Below, one piece after another: positions 40,428 through 50,417 of a DNA stretch of 64,000 nt. The position numbers were made by a program, and so were the translations under genes. The notes beneath the pieces were generated by a model. It ran no database searches and was not told the origin of the DNA. It saw nothing but the letters and a program-made list of their open reading frames with translations. The number at the start of each line of letters is the position of its first letter. Positions within the stretch are counted from its first letter, which is position 1. The stretch is from a candidate division CSSED10-310 bacterium. GTDB lineage: Bacteria; CSSED10-310. Location of the stretch: positions 488 to 64,487 of the forward strand of contig JAFGEQ010000011.1 of the NCBI GenBank assembly GCA_016931515.1, read 5' to 3'.

Positions 40428-43400
40428 TTACAGTTCGTATCCAAACGTGACGAAATCGATATCTCCGACGAGTTGAACATCGCTGCCAAGCATGCCTCCC
40501 CAGAAAATCAGATTGTCAGCAGAACCTTCGACGGCAGGCCATGTGAATGTCATGATATTCTTCCGAAGTGTTTCCTGGCCACCGAGAACGGCAATGTCCT
40601 CCCAATCCGCTGTCTGACTCCAGGAAGGAGCGAACCAGTACATGGAGTAGACATCGAGAATGACGAACAGGTCGATATCGTAAACCGGTGTTGAGGAAGC
40701 GTTCGTCAGTATCGCTTCAAGTGAGAACGCTTTACCTGCATTGAACATATCACCGGTGAGCATCATATTGACGCCAGTCTTCAGCGGCGTTTCTTCCGGA
40801 TATACTCCGGTTGACCGGTTATCAGCATGATATGTCGTCCAATAGAGCTGGTTCTGGTTTAATGTCGTGGAGAGATTGAAAACTGAGGTTGTTGTATCGG
40901 CAATTATGATCTCGGTATCACCATCATTATCTATGTCGGCAACGCATGGCGATGAAAACCCGCTTCCGGCCAGCATGATCGGTGAATTCGTCAAGACGGT
41001 GCCGTTCGAATGGTAGATATGCAACCATGCTTCGGTCTGGTTTCCGATTTCCGAACAGACGAGTATTTCGGGATAACCGTCGCTGTCGATATCGGCGATA
41101 GCCGGTGACGAGTTGATCACCGAGTTTGCGTTTGTTGAAACCTGGACGGGGAATCCGGTAACACCCGTACCGTCGGTATGAAAAGCGTAAATATAGGAAT
41201 CGATAGTGCAAATTACAATTTCCGGTATGGTATCCTGATCCAAGTCACCGATTGCTGGAGCTCCATAGATCGAGGCTGGAACGGTTACCGGCCAGCCGGG
41301 CAGCGGAGATGTCAGGATATCCGTAACCATAACGCCCTTCGGACCGATCTCGTTGGCATAGTCTCCGTACCCGTAGATGATTTCAGGCACACCGTCCGAA
41401 TCCAGGTCAGCCAGAGCCGGTACGGAGTAGACCTGGTTAGGTGCGGCTACCGGATATCCCGGTTGTATCTGTCCGGAGCCGTTGAAGAGATAAATAGCTC
41501 CTGAATCCAGAGGATCGATGTCATCCTTCGTGGCAATCAGGATTTCGCATTTTCCGTCATCATCGAAATCGAACGTCGATGCGCTGGCAAATACGTCGGT
41601 TCCGACATCCTGCGGCCAACCCGACAGAACATTGCCCATGCAGTCGAACACATAAACCTTGTTGTCATAATTCCCTGCAATAATTTCCAGCCTGTCGTCT
41701 CCGGCAACATCCGCGACACAAGGTGAACATTTGAATCCTGCCTGAACCGGATCCCCCGTCGAGAAGGGAATATCCGTCACAAACGGCCATGCTCCGCCGA
41801 AAGGAAGACCGTCATTGGTGAAGACATTGATTCTGCCGAGTACGCGTGATTTCGTTCCCTGGTTCGGATCGTTTGGATTGACCCACGCGACATTGTTCAA
41901 CTGGTCGGCAACAATAATCTCAACATCCCCGTCGCCGTCGATATCGGCAACAGCGGGAGCGGCAAGTATCAGATTGGAATCAAGATAGATCTGCGAAGCG
42001 ATTGATACCGGCCAGCCGTGATAATAGCCGCCGTTTCTATTAAACACACTGATCGTTCCATCATTGGATGCGGTAATGATTTCAGCAAACCCGTCGTTGT
42101 TGATGTCAGCGGCTCTGGCTGAGGCGTTGAAACCACCGAAGGACGGAACTGGGAACCACTGCATTTGCGGGAATGGATTATTGACCGAAAGATCGAAAGT
42201 CGCAGTCTCGGAATATCCACCGTCAGCAGTGATATCTACCTGGATCGGAATCGTCGTCCGGGACGACTCCGTAACAGTAAATATGAAGTCGGTCAGATTG
42301 GAACGGGTGACCTTGTTCTGGATGTCCGGGTATGACGCGCCGGCGCTCGATATTGTTACTCCGGACGAAGCGCTGATTGTCACGTTGACATTTGTGGCGT
42401 CCATCCATGAATGATTCTTCAACATGAGTTCCATGCTGACAGTCTCTCCAACATCGGCTTCAAAATTCGAATTGCCCGTCGAATCGTCGATCAGCCATTT
42501 CTCGATCCGGATGACCGGCGTTTCCGCGAGGCTGAGGAAATAATTAATCCGGCCCGGGTCCAGCAGTCCGCGATATGCCGGATTGCTGTAATCAATCGCA
42601 TCACAACCCTTCTGCATACGCTCGAGGATCTCGTCCGGAGTGAATGAAGGATTCTGACATTTGATCAGAGCAGCCAGCGCGGCTGCCATCGGGCTGGACA
42701 TTGATGTTCCACCCAGATTTCCATAATTGCCGCCGGGCAGCGTTGAACGGATTGAGACTCCCGGAGCGTACACATCGACATAGTCCTCACCGTAATTCGA
42801 CGAGCCGTCTTTTGAATCGAAACGGTTGGTATTCCCGACTCCGATGACACCTTCGTTGGCGGAAGGATAGTGCGGAGTTGAATCGCCAATGCCGTCATTA
42901 CCGCCGTTACCGGCTGCAGCCACGATTGTCACTCCGGCGGTATACGCATATTCCACCGCTTCTTCCTGAATCGCAAAATTAGACCCGCTGCCAAGACTGA
43001 GATTTGCAACGAGCGCTCCGTTATCGGCGGCATATCGAATCGCAGCTGCGACATTTCCAACCGCTGCCCCACCACCGCTGTCCGGGAAAACCTTCAGGAT
43101 CATGATCGGGCATCCCCATGTACCGCCTGCAACCCCGATTCCGTTGTTGGTAATTGCGCTGACGATACCCGACACATGTGTGCCGTGATCGTTGACCGCA
43201 TTGCCGTAATTGGGATTATTATCGTTTCCGTCGAAATCCCATCCTTGTGTATCATCGATATAAGTGTTGCCGTCATCATCGATCCCATTCCCTGGGATCT
43301 CGCCGGGATTGATCCATATGGCGGATGCCAGATCGGGATGGGTCAGATCCGTACCGCTGTCGATGATGGCTACCACAACGCTGGAATTGCCTTTAATCAC

Positions 43401-43817
43401 ATCCCAGGCAGCGGGTGCTTCCATGAGCGGTAAGGCAAACTGTTTGTTGAAGTCGGGATCGTTGGGTATCTCATCCATGTATACGTAATAATTCAACGAT
43501 GACGTTTCCACGGATGCAAGCGATTGAAGGGCATCCAGAAGCTGTTGGTCCGTTTTCCCGTTCGATGCCGTCACCACGAACCACCTGTCGAGGTCGCATG
43601 TTACGTCTGCATCTGGAGCTTGACAGAGTGTCTGCCACCCGGATACTCCGCATTTCTGCCATTCGTTCAAGACTGCCTGAAGCGGTTCGAGTCCGCCCAC
43701 GTCGGTCTCAATCAGAGCAGCCGGAGCCAGTTTCACAAGGACCTCACCTGGAACCCACTGCGCATGTGAAATCAGGGAAAATCCAGATAACAGTATCACA
43801 AACAACGCTTTTCTCAT
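40428..43817 (-). CDS. Secreted S8 (subtilisin-like) serine peptidase fused to an 8-bladed FG-GAP/VCBS repeat region
   Basis: Signal peptide MRKALFVILLSGFSLISHAQ (start about 43817, GGAGG RBS). Catalytic triad contexts AIIDSGTDLTHPDL, HGTHVSGIV, GTSMSSPMAAALAALI. Eight DxDxDGxxEI repeats (DINNDGFAEII ... DIDNDGDTEIII). Confidence 0.85.
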   Translation of the reverse strand: MRKALFVILLSGFSLISHAQWVPGEVLVKLAPAALIETDVGGLEPLQAVLNEWQKCGVSGWQTLCQAPDADVTCDLDRWFVVTASNGKTDQQLLDALQSLASVETSSLNYYVYMDEIPNDPDFNKQFALPLMEAPAAWDVIKGNSSVVVAIIDSGTDLTHPDLASAIWINPGEIPGNGIDDDGNTYIDDTQGWDFDGNDNNPNYGNAVNDHGTHVSGIVSAITNNGIGVAGGTWGCPIMILKVFPDSGGGAAVGNVAAAIRYAADNGALVANLSLGSGSNFAIQEEAVEYAYTAGVTIVAAAGNGGNDGIGDSTPHYPSANEGVIGVGNTNRFDSKDGSSNYGEDYVDVYAPGVSIRSTLPGGNYGNLGGTSMSSPMAAALAALIKCQNPSFTPDEILERMQKGCDAIDYSNPAYRGLLDPGRINYFLSLAETPVIRIEKWLIDDSTGNSNFEADVGETVSMELMLKNHSWMDATNVNVTISASSGVTISSAGASYPDIQNKVTRSNLTDFIFTVTESSRTTIPIQVDITADGGYSETATFDLSVNNPFPQMQWFPVPSFGGFNASARAADINNDGFAEIITASNDGTISVFNRNGGYYHGWPVSIASQIYLDSNLILAAPAVADIDGDGDVEIIVADQLNNVAWVNPNDPNQGTKSRVLGRINVFTNDGLPFGGAWPFVTDIPFSTGDPVQAGFKCSPCVADVAGDDRLEIIAGNYDNKVYVFDCMGNVLSGWPQDVGTDVFASASTFDFDDDGKCEILIATKDDIDPLDSGAIYLFNGSGQIQPGYPVAAPNQVYSVPALADLDSDGVPEIIYGYGDYANEIGPKGVMVTDILTSPLPGWPVTVPASIYGAPAIGDLDQDTIPEIVICTIDSYIYAFHTDGTGVTGFPVQVSTNANSVINSSPAIADIDSDGYPEILVCSEIGNQTEAWLHIYHSNGTVLTNSPIMLAGSGFSSPCVADIDNDGDTEIIIADTTTSVFNLSTTLNQNQLYWTTYHADNRSTGVYPEETPLKTGVNMMLTGDMFNAGKAFSLEAILTNASSTPVYDIDLFVILDVYSMYWFAPSWSQTADWEDIAVLGGQETLRKNIMTFTWPAVEGSADNLIFWGGMLGSDVQLVGDIDFVTFGYEL

Positions 43818-43934
43818 TTCATACCTCCACATTCAGATTGTAAGCGATGATCAGGTTTTCTCTTTTCATTCAAGTTATTTCGTATCACTTGAATCTCTTT
43901 ATCTCTCGACGGTCACACTGTCAACAATGCGGCA

Positions 43935-45089
43935 CTATATAGCAGATTCGTAAATAGCCTTGATATTCTCCGCCTGAATGATCCGGGGATTCCGATTTAG
44001 AAGATCCTCATGTTGGAGTACTGCGTCGACCAGTGTATCCAGCTCAATCCTGGGGACATTATATGCGCGCAGGTGGATCGGGTGTTCCAGTTGATGATAC
44101 AGATCGAGAAGGGCGTCGATCGCCTTGGAGGCATCGGCTTCCTCGTCATTAATCTGTCGGCCGAAGTAACGGGCAATCCTGGACATCAGCTGAGGGACGA
44201 CCGGCAGGTTATAGCGAAGAACATGGGGGAGCATAAGGGCACTGGCCTGGGGGTGTGATATATCGAACTGCGTCGAAAGCGGGTAAGACATGGCATGAAC
44301 CGCTCCGGAACCGGTCATATTGAGAGCAAGGGCAGCGTAAAGACTGCCAAGTGCGACATTATAGCGGGCTTTGATATTGTCAGGTTGCCTGAAGGCGCTG
44401 ACGATATTTTCATTCAGGAGGGCGAATCCCTGGAGAGCATACATTTCCGAGAACGGGGATGCATCGATTGATATAAGGGCTTCGAGGGCATGAGACAGAG
44501 CATCCAGGCCCGTGGAAGCGGTCAAGTCCGGCGGAATTGTGATCATCAGATGAGGATCGATGACAGTCAGCCGAGGAATCATGAATGGATGCCTGAAAAC
44601 GTGCATCAGCCGCGTGGTTTCATCTCTAATCAGCACTCCATCGTCGATCTCCGCGCCATTGGGTGGAGTCGTCGGGATGCTGACTACCGGAACTCCGTGA
44701 CGGGTTATCTCATGAGTTCCGGATTTGACTGATTCCCGAGTAAATTTATTACTGGATGCGATACTCAGGATTTTGGACATATCCGTGCATCGCCATCCGC
44801 CGTACCCGACAATGACATCAAACTCAGCCGGATCAATACTTTCCAGAGCTTTCCGAATACTGTTGAATGAGAGTATTTTTTCCTCGATAACATGCACGGC
44901 CACCGATGAAAACGATGAGGTAATCTGCTGTTCAAAAGCTATTGTCAGACCGGATCCCTTCATCTCCTTGTCGATAATTAAAAGGATTTTTTCGGCACCG
45001 ATCTGGCTGATATCTTTATCGACTTCACGAATGACCTGATATCCAAACCGTGTAAAAGGCATTTGCTGGATGTTGAAAGTTGTTTTCAC
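43935..45089 (-). CDS. Iron-containing alcohol dehydrogenase (Fe-ADH/DHQS-like) family protein, divergent
   Basis: GLDALSHALEALIS and His-rich C-terminal half typical of Fe-ADH. Glycine-rich dinucleotide motif atypical (VGYGGWRCTDMSK). Probable GTG start at about 45089 with GAGG RBS (ORF TTG start at 45122). Confidence 0.6.
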   Translation of the reverse strand: MKTTFNIQQMPFTRFGYQVIREVDKDISQIGAEKILLIIDKEMKGSGLTIAFEQQITSSFSSVAVHVIEEKILSFNSIRKALESIDPAEFDVIVGYGGWRCTDMSKILSIASSNKFTRESVKSGTHEITRHGVPVVSIPTTPPNGAEIDDGVLIRDETTRLMHVFRHPFMIPRLTVIDPHLMITIPPDLTASTGLDALSHALEALISIDASPFSEMYALQGFALLNENIVSAFRQPDNIKARYNVALGSLYAALALNMTGSGAVHAMSYPLSTQFDISHPQASALMLPHVLRYNLPVVPQLMSRIARYFGRQINDEEADASKAIDALLDLYHQLEHPIHLRAYNVPRIELDTLVDAVLQHEDLLNRNPRIIQAENIKAIYESAI

Positions 45090-45288
45090 TATCGAAACCT
45101 CGTGAGGTAAAAAAGCTGTCAAATAACAACCGGCAGCTCTGAGAGGCGAGACTCCGGTACTATAGCCCCGATATGTTACACCCCGCAGCCGGTAGTGTAA
45201 ATATCTAAATGGTTTCCGGGCTGCCGGTTAAATCAGCGCTTCAGTTCTGAGGCTTGTTGTGCTACGATCCGACACTTGGAGATATCGG

Positions 45289-46041
45289 ATGGATGAGCGA
45301 TCGATTTCATACGCGTTTTTTGTGGGCGATGTGCATCTGGACGACCGCAATCCGATGCGGGAAAAAGCGTTCTGCGAGTTTCTCGACATGGTGCGATCCG
45401 AAAAGCCGGATCATGTCTTCCTGATGGGAGATATTTTTGAGTTCTGGTTTGGTTACCGGAATGTTATGTTTTCAAGGGTTCTCAAACCTGTGATCAAGAT
45501 TGCACAATTATCCGATGCCGGTATTCCGGTCACCTATCTGGTTGGCAATCATGACTTCAAACCCGGTCCGGTATTCCGGGATATACTTGGAGTTCGAATT
45601 GAGTATCATCCGGTGCGGGTGACCCTGGGTTCGCAATATGTCTACCTGGCGCACGGCGATGAGATCAATGCGGATGATATCGGCTACCGTTTCATTCGCG
45701 CTGTTTTTCGACACCCGGTGTCCCAATGGCTTTTTCAACATTTCATACCGGCGTCGCTGGCATGGTATATCGGCAGAGGCACATCTGATTCCAGCAGGAA
45801 GCTGAATGGCCGTCGCGAACGATTTATACCGGAGAAGGCGTTCGATGCTTTTTGCCGGCGTGAACTCAGTCGCGAAGTCAACACAGTGATTCATGGTCAT
45901 ACTCACGATCCCGGGATCCGTAGCCGGGAAACGGGTGGAAAATCACTTCGTATCATCGATTCGGGTGACTGGCTGGGTGAACAGGGACACTATGTTGTCT
46001 TCAGGAATGACGAATTTCAATGCAAAACCTGGCCATTCTGA
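45289..46041 (+). CDS. lpxH: UDP-2,3-diacylglucosamine diphosphatase-like metallophosphoesterase (LpxH family)
   Basis: VGDVHLD, GDIFEFWFGY, GNHDF motifs. ATG at 45289 inside ORF 45259..46041, GGAGA RBS. Confidence 0.65.
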   Translation: MDERSISYAFFVGDVHLDDRNPMREKAFCEFLDMVRSEKPDHVFLMGDIFEFWFGYRNVMFSRVLKPVIKIAQLSDAGIPVTYLVGNHDFKPGPVFRDILGVRIEYHPVRVTLGSQYVYLAHGDEINADDIGYRFIRAVFRHPVSQWLFQHFIPASLAWYIGRGTSDSSRKLNGRRERFIPEKAFDAFCRRELSREVNTVIHGHTHDPGIRSRETGGKSLRIIDSGDWLGEQGHYVVFRNDEFQCKTWPF

Positions 46042-46802
46042 CAAAATACCTGACTCGGATTCCGCTGCAATGCCTGGATATTTTCTTTCCGGTTCCCTGC
46101 GAAAGCTGCGGAAATATCATGGACAGTTCAACAATGCCGGGTATTTTCTGCCCGGATTGCAGACGATTACTCCCGGAGTATCCGATGATCAATTGCGATC
46201 GCTGTGGAGCCCGGATACCGGATCCTGCCATGTCGACGAAGGACGGGTGTTATTGCTGCACAAACAGTCACTATCGGCTGGGAGGTATATTGACTCTCGG
46301 CCCGTATCATAAGGATGCGCGTCTCAGTCGAATGATTCTGTCCCTGAAGCACGGTGCCAAAACCTGGTATGCCCGTGAATTCGGATGGCGTCTGGCTCAG
46401 ACAGTAAAAAGAGAGTATCCCGATACAACCTTTAACGCCATCGTCGCCGTTCCTCTCCACAGATCCAGGCTCCGGCAGCGGGGTTACAACCAGGCGGATT
46501 TGATAGCGGGTGCCATGGCTGACAGCATGGGTATTCCATCCTATCGCTGGCTTCTCCGGCGGTTTCGCCGGACAAAACCCCAGTCAGGAGGCCGTGAGCT
46601 GAGACACAGCAATGTTTCAGGCGCTTTCGAAGCGGGTGGAATTTGCCGGAATGCAAAGATAATTCTCGTTGACGATGTTGTGACAACCGGCGCTACGACC
46701 GGCGAATGCGCAAGAGTGCTTTTTGAAGCTGGAGCGCAGGATGTTGTCGTTGCGGCCTGTGCATGGGTACCGGTTCTGCGAAATACCGGATCGTCACAGT
46801 GA
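46020..46802 (+). CDS. comF: ComF-family protein (double zinc ribbon plus phosphoribosyltransferase domain)
   Basis: N-terminal CxxC...CxxC, C-terminal PRTase motif ILVDDVVTTGATT. Confidence 0.65.
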   Translation: MQNLAILTKYLTRIPLQCLDIFFPVPCESCGNIMDSSTMPGIFCPDCRRLLPEYPMINCDRCGARIPDPAMSTKDGCYCCTNSHYRLGGILTLGPYHKDARLSRMILSLKHGAKTWYAREFGWRLAQTVKREYPDTTFNAIVAVPLHRSRLRQRGYNQADLIAGAMADSMGIPSYRWLLRRFRRTKPQSGGRELRHSNVSGAFEAGGICRNAKIILVDDVVTTGATTGECARVLFEAGAQDVVVAACAWVPVLRNTGSSQ

Positions 46803-46818
46803 ATATGGAGGTCAAATA

Positions 46819-49299
46819 ATGAATGTGCGCGAGCGAATCCGGGCGATTATCGCCGACAGGATTCTGATTGTGGATGGTGCAATCGGAACACTGCTGCAGA
46901 TGAGGGGTCTCGAACCTGGGATGCCTCCTGAAGTGTTGTTGCTGGATGCCCCGAAGGACGTGACTGACGTCCATCGGCTTTACGTCGAAGCCGGTGCTGA
47001 TATTATCACGACGAACAGTTTCGGAGCGTCTCGTTTGAAACTGGCTCAACATGGGCTGGAAGACCGGTTCGAACAGATCAATCGGCTATCGGTGGAAACG
47101 GCACGAAAAGCTGCAAATGGCCGGGCTCTTGTTGCCGGCAGCATCGGACCTACCGGTGAACTGCTTCAACCGATGGGATCCATTTCAATGATTGAACTCC
47201 AGGAAGAATTTCGGCGGCAGGCTCGGATACTGAAACAGGCAGGAGCAGACCTGGCAATCATTGAGACAATGGGTGATCTCGGCGAACTCCAGGCGGCTGC
47301 ACGCGCCTGTTACCTGGAACGATTTCCCTTCATGACATCGATGACATTCAATGAAGCCGGACGCTCGTTGTCAGGTTCCACACCGGAGAATCTCGCGATT
47401 ACAATGGCACCCTTCCATCCGCTGGCTATCGGTACAAATTGTGGCATGGGTCCGGCGGGAATGGTGCCGCGCATTCATGAACTCGTTTCTGTAACCGACT
47501 GCCCGATTCTCGCTCAACCCAATGCGGGTTTACCGGAATTGGTGGGTTCAACCACTGTTTTTCGCCTCCCGCCGGAACCTTTCGCCGAGCGCGCTGTCAA
47601 GTTGGCTGATGCAGGTGCCTCCATAATCGGAGGCTGCTGCGGTACAACTCCGGACCACATTCTCGCCCTTCGCAACTCATTGAAGGACCGGCGTCCGGCT
47701 CCTGCAGCCCATCGTTTCGGCGTTCGCTTTTCCGCCAGGTCGGGCATCGCCCTTGCCGGCGAAGGCGCACCTTTTTGCGTGATCGGCGAGCGGATCAATC
47801 CAACAGGCCGGAAAATTCTCAGCCGTCAACTGCGGACGGGCGATTTTTCCATGCTGCGTAAAGACGCGGGACTTCAGGTGGAGCGCGGTGCGTCACTCCT
47901 GGATGTCAACGTCGGCGTTCCGGATGCTGATGAGAGCGATTTGATGATCAGAGCGATTCATGAACTCCAATCCCTGATGCCTGCCGTCCCATTAAGTATT
48001 GATTCCAACGATCCTGACACATTGACTGCAGGACTTCACAACGTGGTCGGCATTGCACTTTTAAATTCCATCAACGGGGAACAATCACGGCTCGATAAAC
48101 TGCTTCCAATTGTTGCAGAAACCGGTGCCAACTTCATCGCCCTGGCGATGGATGAAACGGGTATGCCCGAGGATGCGGCGACCCGGATGAATATCATTCG
48201 CCGGATCATCGATTCCGCTGAAAAATTCGGAATTGCCCGAAATCGGATTCTTGTGGACTGCCTGGTATTTACTGTCGCATCACAACCTCAACAGGCCAAG
48301 GAAACGCTGGAAGCGATCCGCCGTGTGAAATCGGAGCTCGGTTGTGCTACGAGTCTTGGCGTCTCGAATGTCAGCTTCGGGCTGCCAGCAAGGGATTCGA
48401 TCTCCTCGACATTTCTTGCAATGGCGATAACCGCCGGGCTGGACGCCGGCATCATCAATCCATTGTCGGATCGTATGATGGAAACGCTTCGATCAACCGA
48501 ATTGTTGATGAACCGGGATAGTGGCGCACGGCAGTATCTTTCATTCATTGAAAAGAAAGAAAAACGAGACCGGGAGCATCAAAAAACAATGACTCCTGTT
48601 CGACAGGAGATAATTGAGAGTCCGGTTAAAACAGTAACCGAATCGAAAGCGGTGACGGATTCCGGACGGGAAATTCGCTGGAAAGTACTGGAAGGGGATC
48701 GGACCGGCATCGTTTCGGCTATCGATGACCAGTTGAGTTCCGGAAAATCACCCGATACCCTCCTGTCGGGTGTGCTGGTGCCGGCTATTCAGGATGTCGG
48801 AAGGCGATACGGGAATGGAGAAATATACCTGCCGCAGTTGATCCTTGCCGGAGAGACGATGAGGATCGGTGTTGAATATCTGCGGCCGATGCTGGCTCAC
48901 GGTGCCGGCGCTGGATTACATAATACGCCGCTCGTCATCGGCACGGTGGAGGGTGATATCCACGATATTGGGAAAAATATTGTGGCGATTGTGCTTGAGA
49001 ATCAAGGTTTTCGGATCATCGACCTGGGTAAAAACGTATCTGTGGAGACATTCGCGCGGGCAATCCGGGACAGTGACGCATCGGTTGTAGCGTTATCGGC
49101 ATTGATGACAACGACGATGCTGGCGATGGAGTCGACCGTGAAGATCTTGAAGGATCGCTGTCCCGGGGTCAAGATTATGGTCGGGGGTGCGGTTGTAACA
49201 CAATCATTTGCGGACAGAATCGGCGCGGACGGCTATGCAAAAGAGGCGGTCGGAGCCGGAAACATGGCGCGCAGGCTGGCAGGCCTGTCGTTGTTGTGA
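46819..49299 (+). CDS. metH: Cobalamin-dependent methionine synthase lacking the C-terminal AdoMet reactivation domain (Hcy S-methyltransferase plus pterin-binding plus B12-binding)
   Basis: GGCCGTTP (Hcy domain), pterin-binding barrel, B12 cap plus DxHxxG (GTVEGDIHDIGKNIV). 826 aa. Ends right after the B12 domain. Confidence 0.8.
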   Translation: MNVRERIRAIIADRILIVDGAIGTLLQMRGLEPGMPPEVLLLDAPKDVTDVHRLYVEAGADIITTNSFGASRLKLAQHGLEDRFEQINRLSVETARKAANGRALVAGSIGPTGELLQPMGSISMIELQEEFRRQARILKQAGADLAIIETMGDLGELQAAARACYLERFPFMTSMTFNEAGRSLSGSTPENLAITMAPFHPLAIGTNCGMGPAGMVPRIHELVSVTDCPILAQPNAGLPELVGSTTVFRLPPEPFAERAVKLADAGASIIGGCCGTTPDHILALRNSLKDRRPAPAAHRFGVRFSARSGIALAGEGAPFCVIGERINPTGRKILSRQLRTGDFSMLRKDAGLQVERGASLLDVNVGVPDADESDLMIRAIHELQSLMPAVPLSIDSNDPDTLTAGLHNVVGIALLNSINGEQSRLDKLLPIVAETGANFIALAMDETGMPEDAATRMNIIRRIIDSAEKFGIARNRILVDCLVFTVASQPQQAKETLEAIRRVKSELGCATSLGVSNVSFGLPARDSISSTFLAMAITAGLDAGIINPLSDRMMETLRSTELLMNRDSGARQYLSFIEKKEKRDREHQKTMTPVRQEIIESPVKTVTESKAVTDSGREIRWKVLEGDRTGIVSAIDDQLSSGKSPDTLLSGVLVPAIQDVGRRYGNGEIYLPQLILAGETMRIGVEYLRPMLAHGAGAGLHNTPLVIGTVEGDIHDIGKNIVAIVLENQGFRIIDLGKNVSVETFARAIRDSDASVVALSALMTTTMLAMESTVKILKDRCPGVKIMVGGAVVTQSFADRIGADGYAKEAVGAGNMARRLAGLSLL

Positions 49300-49383
49300 C
49301 CGGATCGCATTCAATGCTACAATCGCACGACACCGATGGCACTCGGGTGAGTGTAATTCAGTCATAAACAAGGAGGACGACCA

Positions 49384-50391
49384 ATGAAAACAAATGTTGC
49401 GATCAACGGGTTTGGACGAATAGGACGCCTGCTGCTTCGGGTCATGATTGATCATGAAAATCTTCAGATTGTCGCAATCAACGATCTGACTGATATCCCA
49501 ACACTGGCGCATTTGCTGAAATATGACTCGTCGCACCGGCATTTCATGGGTACGGTGGAGGCGGCAGAGGGCCATCTGATCGTTAACGGTAACATGATCA
49601 AAGTGTTTGCTGAAAGGGATCCGGAAAAACTGCCTTGGGCGGATCTGAAAGTGCGGTTTGTTGCGGAGTGCACCGGTCATTTCAGGGACCGGGAAGGCGC
49701 TGCACGCCACCTCAATGCAGGAGCGGATCGCGTATTCATCTCGGCACCCGCCAAAAATCCGGATCTGACGGTGGTGATGGGTGTCAATGATGTGCATTTC
49801 AATCCCGAAAAACACCGGATCATCAGCAATGCTTCCTGCACAACCAACTGCCTTGCTCCCGTCGCCAAAGTACTGCTCGATCGGTTCGGTATCGACTATG
49901 GTATGATGACAACAGTGCACTCCTATACGAATGATCAGCAACTGCTGGATCTGCCGCATAAAGATCTACGGCGCGCCCGGGCGGCCGCTCTGTCGATGAT
50001 TCCTACAACAACCGGCGCCGCAGCCGCAGTTGGGGAGGTTCTGCCGGAGTTGAAGGGCAAACTGAATGGACTGGCGGTTCGTGTTCCGACACCCAATGTG
50101 TCTCTTGTTGACCTGGTCGCGCATCTTTCATCTGATGTTACCGTGACAATGGTCAACGATGCATTGAAAGAGGCATCCGAAACCAATCTGAAAGGTATCC
50201 TCGGTTATACTGAAGAACCACTGGTCTCGGTTGATTTCAATGGCGACCGGCGTTCAAGCATCGTTGATGGTGCCTCCACCATGGTCATCGGAAAACGGCT
50301 GGTCAAGGTCCTGTCATGGTATGATAACGAATATGGATATGCCGTGCGTCTGCGGGATCTGATCGATTTTGTCAGCCGGAACAGCAAATAA
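49384..50391 (+). CDS. gap: Glyceraldehyde-3-phosphate dehydrogenase
   Basis: INGFGRIGR, SNASCTTNCLAP. AAGGAGG RBS. Confidence 0.9.
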   Translation: MKTNVAINGFGRIGRLLLRVMIDHENLQIVAINDLTDIPTLAHLLKYDSSHRHFMGTVEAAEGHLIVNGNMIKVFAERDPEKLPWADLKVRFVAECTGHFRDREGAARHLNAGADRVFISAPAKNPDLTVVMGVNDVHFNPEKHRIISNASCTTNCLAPVAKVLLDRFGIDYGMMTTVHSYTNDQQLLDLPHKDLRRARAAALSMIPTTTGAAAAVGEVLPELKGKLNGLAVRVPTPNVSLVDLVAHLSSDVTVTMVNDALKEASETNLKGILGYTEEPLVSVDFNGDRRSSIVDGASTMVIGKRLVKVLSWYDNEYGYAVRLRDLIDFVSRNSK

Positions 50392-50417
50392 CCTGCAGGC
50401 AGTCAGGAGACTATCCG

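Noticed and set aside
49204-49959. 251-aa minus-strand ORF spanning the metH end and gap start
   Set aside because: Antisense to two strongly supported genes. His/Cys/Gln-rich nonsense composition.
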